NCBI GenBank assembly: GCA_017403825.1
Contig: JAFRDO010000077.1
Location: 64,921-128,920 of the forward strand
Direction of reading: 5' to 3'
Origin: Kiritimatiellia bacterium
GTDB taxonomy: Bacteria; Verrucomicrobiota; Kiritimatiellia; RFP12; UBA1067
Length of the DNA: 64,000 nt
The notes beneath the pieces were generated by a model that worked only from the letters and a program-made list of their open reading frames with translations, had not been told where the DNA came from and made no database searches. The number at the start of each line of letters is the position of its first letter. The first letter of the stretch is position 1. This document shows positions 27,399-37,858 of the stretch, piece by piece. The position numbers were made by a program, and so were the translations under genes.

Positions 27399-30300
27399 CT
27401 ATTGGACGATAATCATCATGCCGAGCGGCTCGGGCAGCCACGTGAGGCGCACCGTCGCGGGGTCTGTCCCCTCCGTGTATGTGTAGGTGTTGCCGTTATA
27501 GACCTGACGGTTCGCCCATGCGCCGTTGACCAGCGTTTCGATGGAATAGCGTACCACGGGAACCGTCTCGCCGCTCTTGTTGACCGTGGTCGCAGCCGTG
27601 AACGTCCATTCGCTCTCGACTTTGTACGCACCCGTCTCTGTCTGCGTTCCGCCGCCCGCGACGACAAACACGTTCGTCGTCACCAGCACACCAAAATAGC
27701 GGGCCTGGTCAACCTCGCGGTTGTGCGCCACTTCCGCATCGGTGAGGACACGACCGTAGAAACGGTAGCTCTTGAGCGTTCCCTTGAAAAGTTCGTCTGT
27801 CCTCGGATAGTGTCCGCCGATGCTGTAGCCATTGACAAACATAACATTTGGCGGCGTCTTGGTCGTTGAAACGGCGTGGCCATTCGCCCATCCCGACGCC
27901 GTCCACGGAGCCGTTGTCCCAGCAAACATCACGCCGTTCGTCCTGTCGAGCATAGCCGTCGCATAGGAGAAATGCTCAGTTCCGGATGCCGCGCAGATTG
28001 ACGGGCGACTTCCGGTCGCACCCTGGACTACCAGATAAAACGTGTTGACTCTGCCGTTCCAGTCCGAGCTGCGCATGCCGAACGCGCAATTGTCCCAGCT
28101 CTGTGCAGCGTAGCCGCACATGACGTAGCCGATTCCGTTCTGGTCGGCAGGCGTCGCGTCAACGAGCGTCTGTATGGAATACCGCTCGGGAACTGCGAAT
28201 GACGTCCATTCATGGAAGACAGCGTCCTTGGCGAAGATGAAACCGTTGTCTGTCCACGCTCCCCTCGACGCATCCTGATTCCACGATTCCACGCCGCCGC
28301 CGTCGCCGAACTCGAAGCCCCCACAGTGCCATTGGTGCTGTAGCGCGTCAGGTCATAGACGCCAGGATTGGCGCAATTCACCCATTTCGCGGCGGTTGCA
28401 TCATGATCGGCATTCGGCCCAGCGTTGCAGATGCCGTCGTAGTTCACGATGAGACCGTCCTGAACGTAGTCATCTATGCCGTAATCGGCGGCGGTGCGCA
28501 GACCGTGCGTCGTCCGCCACTTCCATGTGAGGCGGACAAGTCCTGCGGCGGTCGTGTAGGCGTAGGACGCCCCCTCGTGCAAAACTGCCGCACTCCACGC
28601 ATTGCCGTTCCACGTCTCAATAGTATAGCCGGCACAAGCGTAATCTATGCCCTTGACAGTCACGTTCTCTGGCGCCGTGAAGGTGTAGGAGCCTGAGACT
28701 TCCCACGGTCCTTCAGACTCGTTGCCGTGAAGGAACGGGCGGGTCGTGTCCGAGGCCACCACCACGTTCGTAACGGACGGACGATGGAAGAAGCGCCATT
28801 CATCGACCCGGCGGTTCTGCTCCAGTTCAGCGGTCGTCAGAACCTTGTTCGGATAATAGCGAAGATTCTTGACCTTGCCTACGATAGAACCGTCCTCGGC
28901 GCCAAATCCTCCAAGCCGGAAATCATTACAGGTGTAGGCCGCAAGAGCCCCATCGAACTGGCGGAATCCGGTCGTGTAGTCACCGCTCGTCGGCGCAATT
29001 GTCCCGTCAAACGTGGCCATCGTACTGTTGCCGCCGTTAAGAATGGTCGTTGCGTAATCGTAGCGGCGCGACGTATGTGAGAAAATCGGTATATTGTTCT
29101 TATCCAGATTCTGTGCGTTTGAATAGCAGTAGTTGTCATCTCTGGACAACGCCAACGCGAATTTGGCGTACGCACCGGAATAGACATGCGCCCACCTTGA
29201 CAGCTGTCCGCCATCTGCGCTGGCATCTATAAGCGTCTGAACAGTGAAGGTGTCAGGAACCGAGTAGGCATTTCCGGTGAGCTGGAAAATGCTCTTGCCC
29301 CTGAACGCATAACCGTCCACCTCCCAATGTCCCTGGTCGCCGACCAGCCACATAAATGGCACTAGGTTGCGGGCGGCACCATCTGAGCCGAGGTTTGCCC
29401 AAACCGAGGCAGTCTGGCAGTGGTCCACATTGGCGCCGGCGTTGCGGATGCCGTCATAGTGCCAGACCAACCCATCCTGAACGTAGTCCTCCACGTCGTA
29501 AACGACAAGATACCCTTCGCCCTCGGGACGCGCATACTGCCACGTAAGGCGGACTTTCCCCGACGTGTTGGAGAGTGTGCAGGATGTCTCGCCGTCATGC
29601 GCGGCAGGTTCGCCCCATGCCGAGCCATTCCACGTTTCCAGCGTGTAGCCGCCAAGGACATAGCGCCGTCCCTTGACCGTGCGGCTGGCGGGTGCGGTGA
29701 AGGTGTAGCCCTCCGCATCAAGCGCGAAATGGTCGTCCGCGACGCCACCGATGGTGCAGGAGACAACGACGTTCGTCACGGGAATCGCGGCGCGACGCCC
29801 AAAGAAACGCGCTTCATCCACCACGCGGTTCCACGCCACCTCCTCATCCGAGAGGACACGCGTATAAAAGCGGAAGTTCTTGATGGTTCCCTTAAAAAGC
29901 TCATCCGCCCTCGGATAGTGTCCGCCGAGCGAAATGCCCCAGTCGCGCACATGGGAATCCTTGCTCAAATCTGAGCGATAGCTACCGTCCGTCGCACCCC
30001 ACGGCGCCGTTGTGCCGGGAAACATGACACCCTCCCCGTTGCTTTTGTGCAGAGCCGTCGCATACGAGAACGGGACGGTCGCGGACGATGCGGCAAAGTA
30101 CGGACGTTGCGAAGATACGAGATAGAAGGAATTGTTTGGAGTGCCGCCGCCGGCCGACGTTCGTACCCCCATGCAGCAGGCCGCCCAGTTGCCAGGATGG
30201 ACACTCCCGGAAAGGCCGGTGTCGTTATAGTCGCACATAATGTAGCCGATGCCGTTCTGATCACCAGACGTTGCATTGACAAGCGTCTGAATCGAGTAGT

Positions 30301-30697
30301 CCTTGGGGACGGTGAAGGATGCCATTTCATGGAAGATCGAATTCTTGTCGAACATGAAGCCGGCTGGCTCCCACGCGCCCTTTTCGGTGGAGTTTGTCCA
30401 AGCCGAATTGACATAGGAATAGCGCACCATGTCATAAGTCGCGCCGCCACTGCCAAGGTTCTTCCATGTCGTGGTGTTCGGGTCGTGGGCGGCGTTCGGC
30501 CCCGCGTTGCGGATGCCATCGTAATTGAGTACAAGCCCGTCCTGCACGTAGTCGCCAACGTCAAAGGACTTGTACGCGGGGTTGTCCCAATACTTTATGC
30601 CCGCGTCAGCGGAGGTTGCGATCAGCGCCGCCAAACACGCTGGAAACAGCCGGTTGGCTATTTTTGATGTTTCGTGCATCTTCATTGTCGTTCTCAT
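27399..30697 (-). pseudogene. Family-B giant secreted protein paralog, split by a frameshift near 28318..28322. The track shows it as two overlapping ORFs, 27399..28292 and 28028..30697.
   Basis: In the upstream ORF, module 3 breaks off at '...YDLTRYSTNGTVG'. It resumes in the other frame as 'GFEFGDGGGVESWNQDASRGAW...'. The last 90 aa of the long ORF are Arg/Ser-rich out-of-frame junk. The C-terminal 100 aa are about 80% identical to the 21795 gene and end LPEPLGMMIIVQ. Confidence 0.6.
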
Positions 30698-30715
30698 TTC
30701 TAATCTCCGAATTTT

Positions 30716-30746
30716 CTGCGGAAATTATACCACATAATCTCCGCAG
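30716..30746 (-). promoter_or_regulatory. Promoter of the frameshifted family-B gene. The extended -10 TGGTATAAT is embedded in the 7-bp inverted repeat CTGCGGA...TCCGCAG.
   Basis: On the minus strand it reads 'CTGCGGAgattatgTGGTATAATtTCCGCAG', followed by a GGAGA Shine-Dalgarno 8 nt before the ATG at 30697. Confidence 0.45.
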
Positions 30747-30803
30747 ATTCCATGCCCGTTACTGGCTCAATGCCGCCGCGAGTTTGTCGATATTGTCATA
30801 TTT

Positions 30804-32486
30804 CTATTTGAACTGCGGTGTGGTCCAGCCGCGCTTGCCGGTCTTGCGCCAATCGGCAAGCTGACGCTCCGCATGGTACATCTTCACAAGCTCCTCGAAA
30901 TATTTCCGTGCGGACTCCGGCGCGCCCTGACATGTCGAAATGATTTCGCGGTCTATCATCGCCCGCAGGTAGACGAGCCGCCAACGCCAAGATTCCTTGA
31001 GCGACGTCAGGATCGCCCCATCCATCCGCTCCGCAATACGGCATGCTTCCGCCGCGCGGCGGCGGTATTCCGCCAGCTCCGGGCTGTCGGGCGCAACACC
31101 CTTGAAAGACGGATGCGAATGGCCGCCTGGAAACTTATGATTGGTCTCGAAGATGTCGCAGAGCTTCACGAAGTCTTCCGGATCGGTTCCGGGCAGGTAA
31201 TAGGCAGCATAGGAACGCAAAAGATCATCGGTATCGGCCTTGGGATCGATGTAGAGGCCATTGACGACTTCTTTGTTGATGTCCTCGTAAAGCCCTTCCG
31301 AATAACTCATGAACCCGTCCGCAATGCGCTCCACCTGACGGAAAAGCCGTGCGAACCGCTTGGGCAGCGCCGTCGCGCCGTATCCGCCCCACGGCGCACG
31401 CCCCCACATGCTGATTTCGGGGAAGGTCATGATTGGGATTCCCTTCGGCGTCGGGTGCTCCAACGGATATTTCGGGAAGTCGGTATGCGAGTCGGCAAGA
31501 ATATAGTCCACGCCGTCATGCGTCTCAAGCCACTTGTAGAGCCCTTCCCAATCGTCGTCGTGGAACACCCATGTGCTGATGATGGTCTTGGCCTTTGGGA
31601 AAGCGGCCCTGTTCATGGCGCTGAAGCGCTCGATGAGCCGCAGGAACCCGTTGCCGCCCCACGGCTTGCATCCGTCGCATTCGCATCCGCCCTCGTCGAA
31701 AGGCCAATAGCAGAAGTAGTCGGGCGAACTGCCGGCGAGCTTTGCTATAGCGTCTTTCCGCAACCGGCAAAGATATTCCATCCCCTCCGGCTTGGAGATG
31801 CAGACGTTAAAGCCGAGATTGCCGCGCTTGGGGTCGGAGTTCGGAACGCCGCGCAACTCCTCAGGCGAGTCTTCTGGGGCCTGGTTGTTGCCGCCGCCAG
31901 AACAGAAGCCGCAGTCGAGCGCATGCACCCTGTTGACCGCAGCGAGAGACGCCTTCTCGAAATTCCCGTTTCTGCCGGGCGTAGGCAGTTCGCACTGGAA
32001 GTCGAACGCATTGTGTCCTGAAAGGGCGAGATCGTCGATGTAGGTTGTCAGTTCGTCCGGCGTTGCCATATGATACCAGTTGAGGAAGTGCCGCGCCATA
32101 TAACACATCCTGAGGGACTTCTTCGGCTCAAACCGGTATTCGCCGTCATCAAGCGAGAACGTCTTCTCGCCATACCGCGCCGTCCGCAACAGCAGTCCCG
32201 CGCCGAACACAAGCCCGCGGAACCGCCTGGCGCGGATCGTCGCCGTTCCGTCCTTCACGGTGACGACGGCGTTCTCGCCCTTCACGGCGTCATCGAGCGC
32301 AAAGCGAACCGCAAGCGGCTTTGCGGCATCAGACCCAGGCGTCCTCGCCTCGATGCGATTCGTCAGCATCTCTGCGACAAACCGTTTCTCGGCAGGCAAT
32401 GCGGACGCGTCAGCCGCAACGCGGGAGAACCCTCCTTGCGAAGCCATCGCGGCCGCCAACAACAGTGCACCAAACCCCGTCACCAT
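30804..32486 (-). CDS. Secreted hypothetical protein, possibly a glycoside-hydrolase-like TIM-barrel of unassigned family.
   Basis: The 560-aa protein has a signal-like N-terminus and a Cys-rich block 'DEGGCECDGCKPWGG'. It is tightly packed behind the ceramidase-like gene with a 1-nt gap. Confidence 0.4.
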   Translation of the reverse strand: MVTGFGALLLAAAMASQGGFSRVAADASALPAEKRFVAEMLTNRIEARTPGSDAAKPLAVRFALDDAVKGENAVVTVKDGTATIRARRFRGLVFGAGLLLRTARYGEKTFSLDDGEYRFEPKKSLRMCYMARHFLNWYHMATPDELTTYIDDLALSGHNAFDFQCELPTPGRNGNFEKASLAAVNRVHALDCGFCSGGGNNQAPEDSPEELRGVPNSDPKRGNLGFNVCISKPEGMEYLCRLRKDAIAKLAGSSPDYFCYWPFDEGGCECDGCKPWGGNGFLRLIERFSAMNRAAFPKAKTIISTWVFHDDDWEGLYKWLETHDGVDYILADSHTDFPKYPLEHPTPKGIPIMTFPEISMWGRAPWGGYGATALPKRFARLFRQVERIADGFMSYSEGLYEDINKEVVNGLYIDPKADTDDLLRSYAAYYLPGTDPEDFVKLCDIFETNHKFPGGHSHPSFKGVAPDSPELAEYRRRAAEACRIAERMDGAILTSLKESWRWRLVYLRAMIDREIISTCQGAPESARKYFEELVKMYHAERQLADWRKTGKRGWTTPQFK

Positions 32487-32487
32487 C

Positions 32488-33924
32488 TTATTGTCTCCAC
32501 TTGATCATCTTGTTCAAAAGCGTCAACTGCCCGTTTACGAGCGCATCGGCCGTGCCGGGACCGTAACTGGAGGTTTTCGCTTCGTAGCCGGGATAGCGGT
32601 ACGCCTCGTCCGTCGGGAAATATCCAACGGTACCGTTCGTCAGGCACATCGCCATCGTCATCCTGTAAGGCGACTTCGCCTTGATGCGACGCCCGATATC
32701 GCAGAACGGTTCGCCCGGGAAGCCCACGAACGCAAGGCTCATGCCGATTGACAGCGCGCAGATTCTTACCGGGAAAGCATCCGGGGATGACTCCATCCTG
32801 ACTTTGCGGTAGGCATCCGCAACGGCCGTCACATAATCCATGCCGGTGAACGGTATCTCGCCGCTCCGCCCGGCCTCGTGCGCCGCGATGAATCTTCTGG
32901 CCTCTTCCAACTCATCGGGCGACGCCTTGTTGGACGGCACCTGGACAAGTTCGGAGGCGTAGTGCAGACAACCCGCCGGGACAGGATCGCAGCGTCCCCA
33001 GACCGTCATCGCGGCTGCAGCCACCATCGTTCCCATGTTCAGTGCGTTCGCGTAGGTGTCCTTGACTGTTTCGCCCGGACGCGGATCGACGGCAATATGG
33101 TTGAGGTCGCCCTGCGTACCGTTCACCACAACGCATTTCACGCCGACCGCCATGCGCTCCATCTCGCGCCGCGCCGCGCCCACCCAATCGGCCGAGAACT
33201 TGCTCCCTCCAATAACGTCAGGATGGTTCTGGAAATTGATGACGTCGATCTCCGGCTTGCCGCCCCCGCGGACAAATCGCGCCAGCTGCAGCGTCTCGTC
33301 GGGCATTCCGACCGGACGGACAATATCCTTGTTCCCGACGCCGGGGTTCGTGCGCAACTTCCCGTCCTTCATCAGATAGGTTCGGACGAACGCATGGCGC
33401 TTGAGTTCCGCCGTTCCGACTGCAATCGTCGCCGGCGCCAGATCGGCTACGGCCGCGCTGGCTGCATCGCCAATTCGTTTCACAAGCAGGTTCACGTAGT
33501 TCGTTATCGCAGGCATGTCCTCGGGCTTCATGCCAAGGCCAGGACACGTCTTGCGCAACGTCTCGCCGCCCGTGTGAGTATGGGAGGAATGCACAATTAC
33601 GCCCGCCGCCGCAATGCCGGTGCGCCGTTCGACCTCGGCCTGCACAAGAGCAATAACATCGTTCTGCACATGCACGTTGTCAACCGCAACCAGCACCGCC
33701 TTGACATGGTTGTCGTCAAAGGCGATGACGCTTGCCTCCAGCGGATCGCGCACCCCTTCCGCAATCCGCCGCTTGTAGTATCCGGGTATGAAGATCCCGA
33801 CATCAGGCGTGATGTCCACGCGCGCAAAACCGGCGCGGAAGACCGTCGGGGATCCGTCGTCTGCAACTGCGCACAGACTGGCGCAGGCACAACACACAGC
33901 AAACAGGAAAACGAAACGCCGCAT
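32488..33924 (-). CDS. Neutral/alkaline ceramidase-like secreted hydrolase.
   Basis: The signal peptide is MRRFVFLFAVCCACASLCA. The N-terminal 'GFARVDITPDVGIFIPGY' and 'HSSHTHTGG' blocks resemble the Zn-binding region of the ceramidase family. Confidence 0.45.
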   Translation of the reverse strand: MRRFVFLFAVCCACASLCAVADDGSPTVFRAGFARVDITPDVGIFIPGYYKRRIAEGVRDPLEASVIAFDDNHVKAVLVAVDNVHVQNDVIALVQAEVERRTGIAAAGVIVHSSHTHTGGETLRKTCPGLGMKPEDMPAITNYVNLLVKRIGDAASAAVADLAPATIAVGTAELKRHAFVRTYLMKDGKLRTNPGVGNKDIVRPVGMPDETLQLARFVRGGGKPEIDVINFQNHPDVIGGSKFSADWVGAARREMERMAVGVKCVVVNGTQGDLNHIAVDPRPGETVKDTYANALNMGTMVAAAAMTVWGRCDPVPAGCLHYASELVQVPSNKASPDELEEARRFIAAHEAGRSGEIPFTGMDYVTAVADAYRKVRMESSPDAFPVRICALSIGMSLAFVGFPGEPFCDIGRRIKAKSPYRMTMAMCLTNGTVGYFPTDEAYRYPGYEAKTSSYGPGTADALVNGQLTLLNKMIKWRQ

Positions 33925-33927
33925 ATC

Positions 33928-36087
33928 CTATTTCACCTTCAGCATCAATCCGCGCTCTGCCGTCACATAGCCGTTGGGGAAAAGGCGGAGTCTCTTTCCT
34001 TCGGACGTGCGGAGCAGGCTTTGCTGCCTTTCCGTGAGCGCGCTTTCGGAGTCTCCGAACAGGAGCGCCCCTTCGCGGAAGCACTCGATTACGACGTTGG
34101 TCTTCCAGTCCGCATCCTGGCTGCTGGAATCGGCGAACGAAAGCATCGCCCCTTCGCCCAACCGGATCTTGCCGCCCCTGGCATTCACCTTCAACACGGC
34201 GGGGATCGCGTTCACCGTGTCGTTCGAGACGGCAAACGTGCCGCCTCCGAGCGTCAAGGCGCCGGTGCCCGTCCACCCGTTGCTGATGCCAAGGATAAAT
34301 GTGCCGCAGCTCACGACAAGACCGTTATTTAGGTTGAACTCGCCCATCATGAGCGCTGTGCCGATGCCGAGTTTGTTTATGCCTGACTTGATGAAAACGC
34401 CAGTGTATGGAGTGATATCACCCCGAAACACGAAGTCCGGCCTGTCATCGCCCGTCACATCGGCAACATCAAGCGACATCACGCCAAGGTTACCGTTGCC
34501 ATACCCTAAAACTTGCATCGGCGCATCCATTGACGAGGGGGACGTGCCTCGCACCTTCCAGGTCGCAGCAGAGGAATTGCCGGTCCAGAACGTTGCGCCC
34601 TTGCTCGCAAGGCTCGCCCCGTCCTCGAACAGCATTCTGTTCTGGTAGCTGTAGGTCACACCGCTAGCATGCTGCGATTCGAACGTGCCGCCGCAAAGTT
34701 CTATCTTCTGTTCGTTGGATGTCGTCCAATTGTTGTTGTGCAGCACTTTCCCGCCCCTGTACACGCGGATTGTCGCCGAATCGTTCTGCCACGCCACTTT
34801 GTTCGGGGAACCTTTGCTGCCCAACCCTGTCAAATCCAGCACGCCACCATCGCGTACCTCAACGATGCCGTTCGTCGGAAACGCCACATTGCTCAACACA
34901 TTGCACGTTATGGTCTTGCCCGCCGCACGGTCACCCTTGATGATGATACGCCCGTACCTGTCCATATCCGACTCGTTGACATCCCTTAACGTCCTGCCGA
35001 CCTGCGCGGATATGTTGTTGCGAAAAGTGTTTGCCAGCGTCACCGTATAGCTACCCGGCCTTGTCGCGGCAAGCACAAGCGTACCGAAACTGTCACCCGC
35101 CATCGTGCCGCCGATGCTGAGATTCGCGTCTCCCGCGATGAACTGTCCGGAAACGAAAGAGGACGGCGGCGCAGCCGTAGCACCGAGGATATCCACCGAC
35201 GCGCCTTTCGCGACGTTCAGCGCACCGCCAAGGCCGGAGAGGTCGCCGCGCAGGCTCACGCGCGGCGCACCTGTCCACATCGCCGACAGGTTGCAGACGT
35301 TGTAGCCGCCAGAATACAGTACTTCGGTATTGACGTTGGTATCGGGATTGGACTGCCACAGCCGGTAGAGGTTTTCCATGTCCTCCCCTTCCAGCTTGGC
35401 CCAGGGATAGTAGCCCGCGCGGATACGGCCTTGAATATCCGTTCCCGACTGCCTCAGTTCAAGCATTGAGGTTTTCGTAATGTCCTTTTTATCACCCGTC
35501 TTGTACCATATCTGCATCTGAAGCGTCATCATCTTCACGCCATCGCCGGTCGTAAAACGCCGCGCAAAATAAGGATAAAGAATCTGCGGATTGCCAATTC
35601 CGGAAAAGGCCCTGTTGTTGGCATAGAGAACGGTGATGTCATCCAGATCACAGCCGGGGAACATGGTCTTGAACGCCGCGTTGGCGCCATAATTCAGCAC
35701 ACCTCCGTTATAGACGACGACGGCGGCGTTCTGGGCGTTCGTGACGGTGAGACCGTTCACGCCAGTAAGCGTGTTCTCGATCACGAAGTTTCCCGGACCG
35801 GAAAGCGTCATGACGGCATCGGCGGCAAGGTCGATGGTGTCGCCGCCGAGCGTGATGGTGTCGCCGGCGGCGACGGTCGCAAAAAGCGTCTGAACCTTGT
35901 CGTTTGCATCGTAGGCGAACGCCAGTTCGCCGTTAGCACCAAGCGATCTGGGGTTGGCTCCCGTCGTCCATGTCAGCGACTGGTCCGCCGCCAACGACAC
36001 CGCACAAGACAGAACGACCGCGAGAAGAGAAACTAATGGTTTGCCCCGCCGTTCACAACTTGCGTTAGGTTTACACGGCATTTCCAT
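33928..36087 (-). CDS. Large secreted beta-helix/autotransporter-associated-repeat-like protein, possibly a lipoprotein.
   Basis: The start was refined to MEM/MPCKPNAS...LLAVVLSC. The protein has Gly/Asn/Thr-rich beta-strand repeats (GGTFAVSNDTVN..., GALTLGGGTF...). The track ORF carried a 61-aa spurious extension. Confidence 0.5.
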   Translation of the reverse strand: MEMPCKPNASCERRGKPLVSLLAVVLSCAVSLAADQSLTWTTGANPRSLGANGELAFAYDANDKVQTLFATVAAGDTITLGGDTIDLAADAVMTLSGPGNFVIENTLTGVNGLTVTNAQNAAVVVYNGGVLNYGANAAFKTMFPGCDLDDITVLYANNRAFSGIGNPQILYPYFARRFTTGDGVKMMTLQMQIWYKTGDKKDITKTSMLELRQSGTDIQGRIRAGYYPWAKLEGEDMENLYRLWQSNPDTNVNTEVLYSGGYNVCNLSAMWTGAPRVSLRGDLSGLGGALNVAKGASVDILGATAAPPSSFVSGQFIAGDANLSIGGTMAGDSFGTLVLAATRPGSYTVTLANTFRNNISAQVGRTLRDVNESDMDRYGRIIIKGDRAAGKTITCNVLSNVAFPTNGIVEVRDGGVLDLTGLGSKGSPNKVAWQNDSATIRVYRGGKVLHNNNWTTSNEQKIELCGGTFESQHASGVTYSYQNRMLFEDGASLASKGATFWTGNSSAATWKVRGTSPSSMDAPMQVLGYGNGNLGVMSLDVADVTGDDRPDFVFRGDITPYTGVFIKSGINKLGIGTALMMGEFNLNNGLVVSCGTFILGISNGWTGTGALTLGGGTFAVSNDTVNAIPAVLKVNARGGKIRLGEGAMLSFADSSSQDADWKTNVVIECFREGALLFGDSESALTERQQSLLRTSEGKRLRLFPNGYVTAERGLMLKVK

Positions 36088-36112
36088 CCTCCATTCTTTG
36101 CTTTCACATTGG

Positions 36113-36218
36113 CCCACCGTCACCAAGTGACAACTTACCATATGAAATGATACCAAATGCCGCCGTAGGCCGCAACCGGAAAGACTTGGAATCTTAAAAA
36201 CTGTAATCACACTTTCGG
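36113..36218 (-). promoter_or_regulatory. Second copy of the conserved promoter-plus-leader module: -35 TTGCGG, extended -10 TGGTATCAT, and the leader hairpin GUCAC-uug-GUGAC.
   Basis: See 26093..26200. The hairpin arms show compensatory change between the copies: GUCGC/GCGGC in one and GUCAC/GUGAC in the other. Confidence 0.5.
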
Positions 36219-36220
36219 CT

Positions 36221-37858
36221 CTATCCGCACACGGCCCTTGCCACGAGCGCCATGAACGTGAAGATGACAACGGCGGCGACGAATGCCATTAGCACCCCCT
36301 TGCCGACGTCGCGCCCCTCGGCGCGCACGAGCGCACGGAACCGGGCGATGACCTCCGGATTCTCAGGCCGGGTGAGAAACATCGCCGCAAGCCACGCAAC
36401 CGTCGTGACGGCCATGGTCCACAGCAGCTTATGCCAGAACAGGAGCGGCGTCGCCGAAATGTGCGGCCACACAAGCTGGAAGAACACCGCGCAAAGGAAC
36501 GAAACTAGCATCGCGACGATCTCCGTCCAGGCGTTGATGCGCATCCAGAACCATCGCAGGAGGAATATGATGCCGGTGCCGGCCCCGACCTGCACCATAA
36601 GGTCGAAGCCCGACTTGGCGCTCTCGATCAGCGGAGCAAGCGCGCACCCGGCCGTCATGAGCAGGACGGACGAGATTCGCGCCACGAATATCAGCTCGCG
36701 GTCGGACGCGCCCTTCCTGACGAATCGCTTCCACACGTCGTTCGTTACGTAGTTCGCCCCCATCGAGAGATGCGCGGCGATCGTCGAGAAGAGCGCCCCC
36801 ATCAGCGAGGCGGCGACCACGCCGACCCACCCGTTCGGAACGCACTTTATCATCGCCGGATACGCCATGTCGTCTCCGACGAGCGATGGATCGACGCCGG
36901 GGAACGCCGCCCGTATGGACTCAAGATCGGGGAAGATGAGAATCGACGCGAACGCCGCGATGAACCACGGCCACGGCCTGAGCGCATAGTTCAAGAGATT
37001 GAAGAAAAGCGTTCCGCCAAGCGCATGGTCGGGCGACTTCGCCGTAAGGACACGCTGAACGATGTACCCGCCACCGCCTGGTTCGGAGCCGGGATACCAC
37101 ACGTTCCACCACTGCACGGCGACCGGGATCACGAACACGGCGACAGCCGTGTCGACGTTGGTGAAATCCGGCATGAACCGTGTCTTTTCCAGCACCGCGG
37201 GGTTCGACATCATCGCCGACCAGCCGCCTACTGCGGGATGGTTCACGCCGTACACCATCACCGCAAACGCACCGATCATCACGACCGTAAACAGGAAGAA
37301 GTCCGTGTAAATCGTGCCGCGTATCCCGCTAAGACACGAATAGACGAGGGATGCCACCGCCGTCACCGCAAGAATCGTACACGCCGAAACGCCAAACATG
37401 ATGACGCCAATCTTGATTGCGCCCAACAGCACCACCGCCATCACAACAAGGTTGTAGATGACGCCAAGGTAGAGTGCGCGAAACACGCGGAGGAACGCGG
37501 CGGGGCGTCCCGAATACCGAAGCTCGTAGAACGAGATGTCGGTCGTCGCGCCAGACTTCACCCACAGCCTGGAATAGACGAACACGGTGAGAAGACCCGT
37601 CAGGAGAAACGCCCACCACACCCAGTTGCCGCTCAGCCCGTCGCGACGGACGATTTCCGTGAACAGGTTTGCGGAATTTGTCGATGTCGTCGCCGCGACC
37701 ATCGAGATGCCGAGAAGCCACCACGGCATCGAGCCGGCTGACTTGAAATATTCCAAGGAGTCTTTGGACTTCGCCTTCAGCGCCGCAAGCATCGGAATAA
37801 CCGCAAGCGCGATGAAGAAAACCGCTATGACAAGATAGTCAAGCCAGTTGAAGTTCAT
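36221..37858 (-). CDS. Sodium:solute symporter family transporter.
   Basis: The 545-aa protein has about 13 TM segments. SSS-family blocks are present (e.g. 'GSMPWWLLGISMVAATTSTNS' and 'GGGYIVQRVLTAKS'). Confidence 0.85.
   Translation of the reverse strand: MNFNWLDYLVIAVFFIALAVIPMLAALKAKSKDSLEYFKSAGSMPWWLLGISMVAATTSTNSANLFTEIVRRDGLSGNWVWWAFLLTGLLTVFVYSRLWVKSGATTDISFYELRYSGRPAAFLRVFRALYLGVIYNLVVMAVVLLGAIKIGVIMFGVSACTILAVTAVASLVYSCLSGIRGTIYTDFFLFTVVMIGAFAVMVYGVNHPAVGGWSAMMSNPAVLEKTRFMPDFTNVDTAVAVFVIPVAVQWWNVWYPGSEPGGGGYIVQRVLTAKSPDHALGGTLFFNLLNYALRPWPWFIAAFASILIFPDLESIRAAFPGVDPSLVGDDMAYPAMIKCVPNGWVGVVAASLMGALFSTIAAHLSMGANYVTNDVWKRFVRKGASDRELIFVARISSVLLMTAGCALAPLIESAKSGFDLMVQVGAGTGIIFLLRWFWMRINAWTEIVAMLVSFLCAVFFQLVWPHISATPLLFWHKLLWTMAVTTVAWLAAMFLTRPENPEVIARFRALVRAEGRDVGKGVLMAFVAAVVIFTFMALVARAVCG

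Noticed and set aside
28028-28292. Two genuinely overlapping genes (27399..28292 and 28028..30697).
   Set aside because: The 3' about 90 codons of the long ORF are out-of-frame Arg/Ser-rich junk. The short ORF continues the same LamG-like module in the other frame. One gene with a frameshift explains both.
36081-36087. A canonical lipobox for the beta-helix protein (VLSC) and for the GH28-CE4 protein (LAAGC).
   Set aside because: Position -2 is Leu in the first, and -3 is Ala in the second. Both are non-canonical. I kept these as possible signal-peptidase-I substrates. Only the gene at 46559 (VLASC) is called a lipoprotein.
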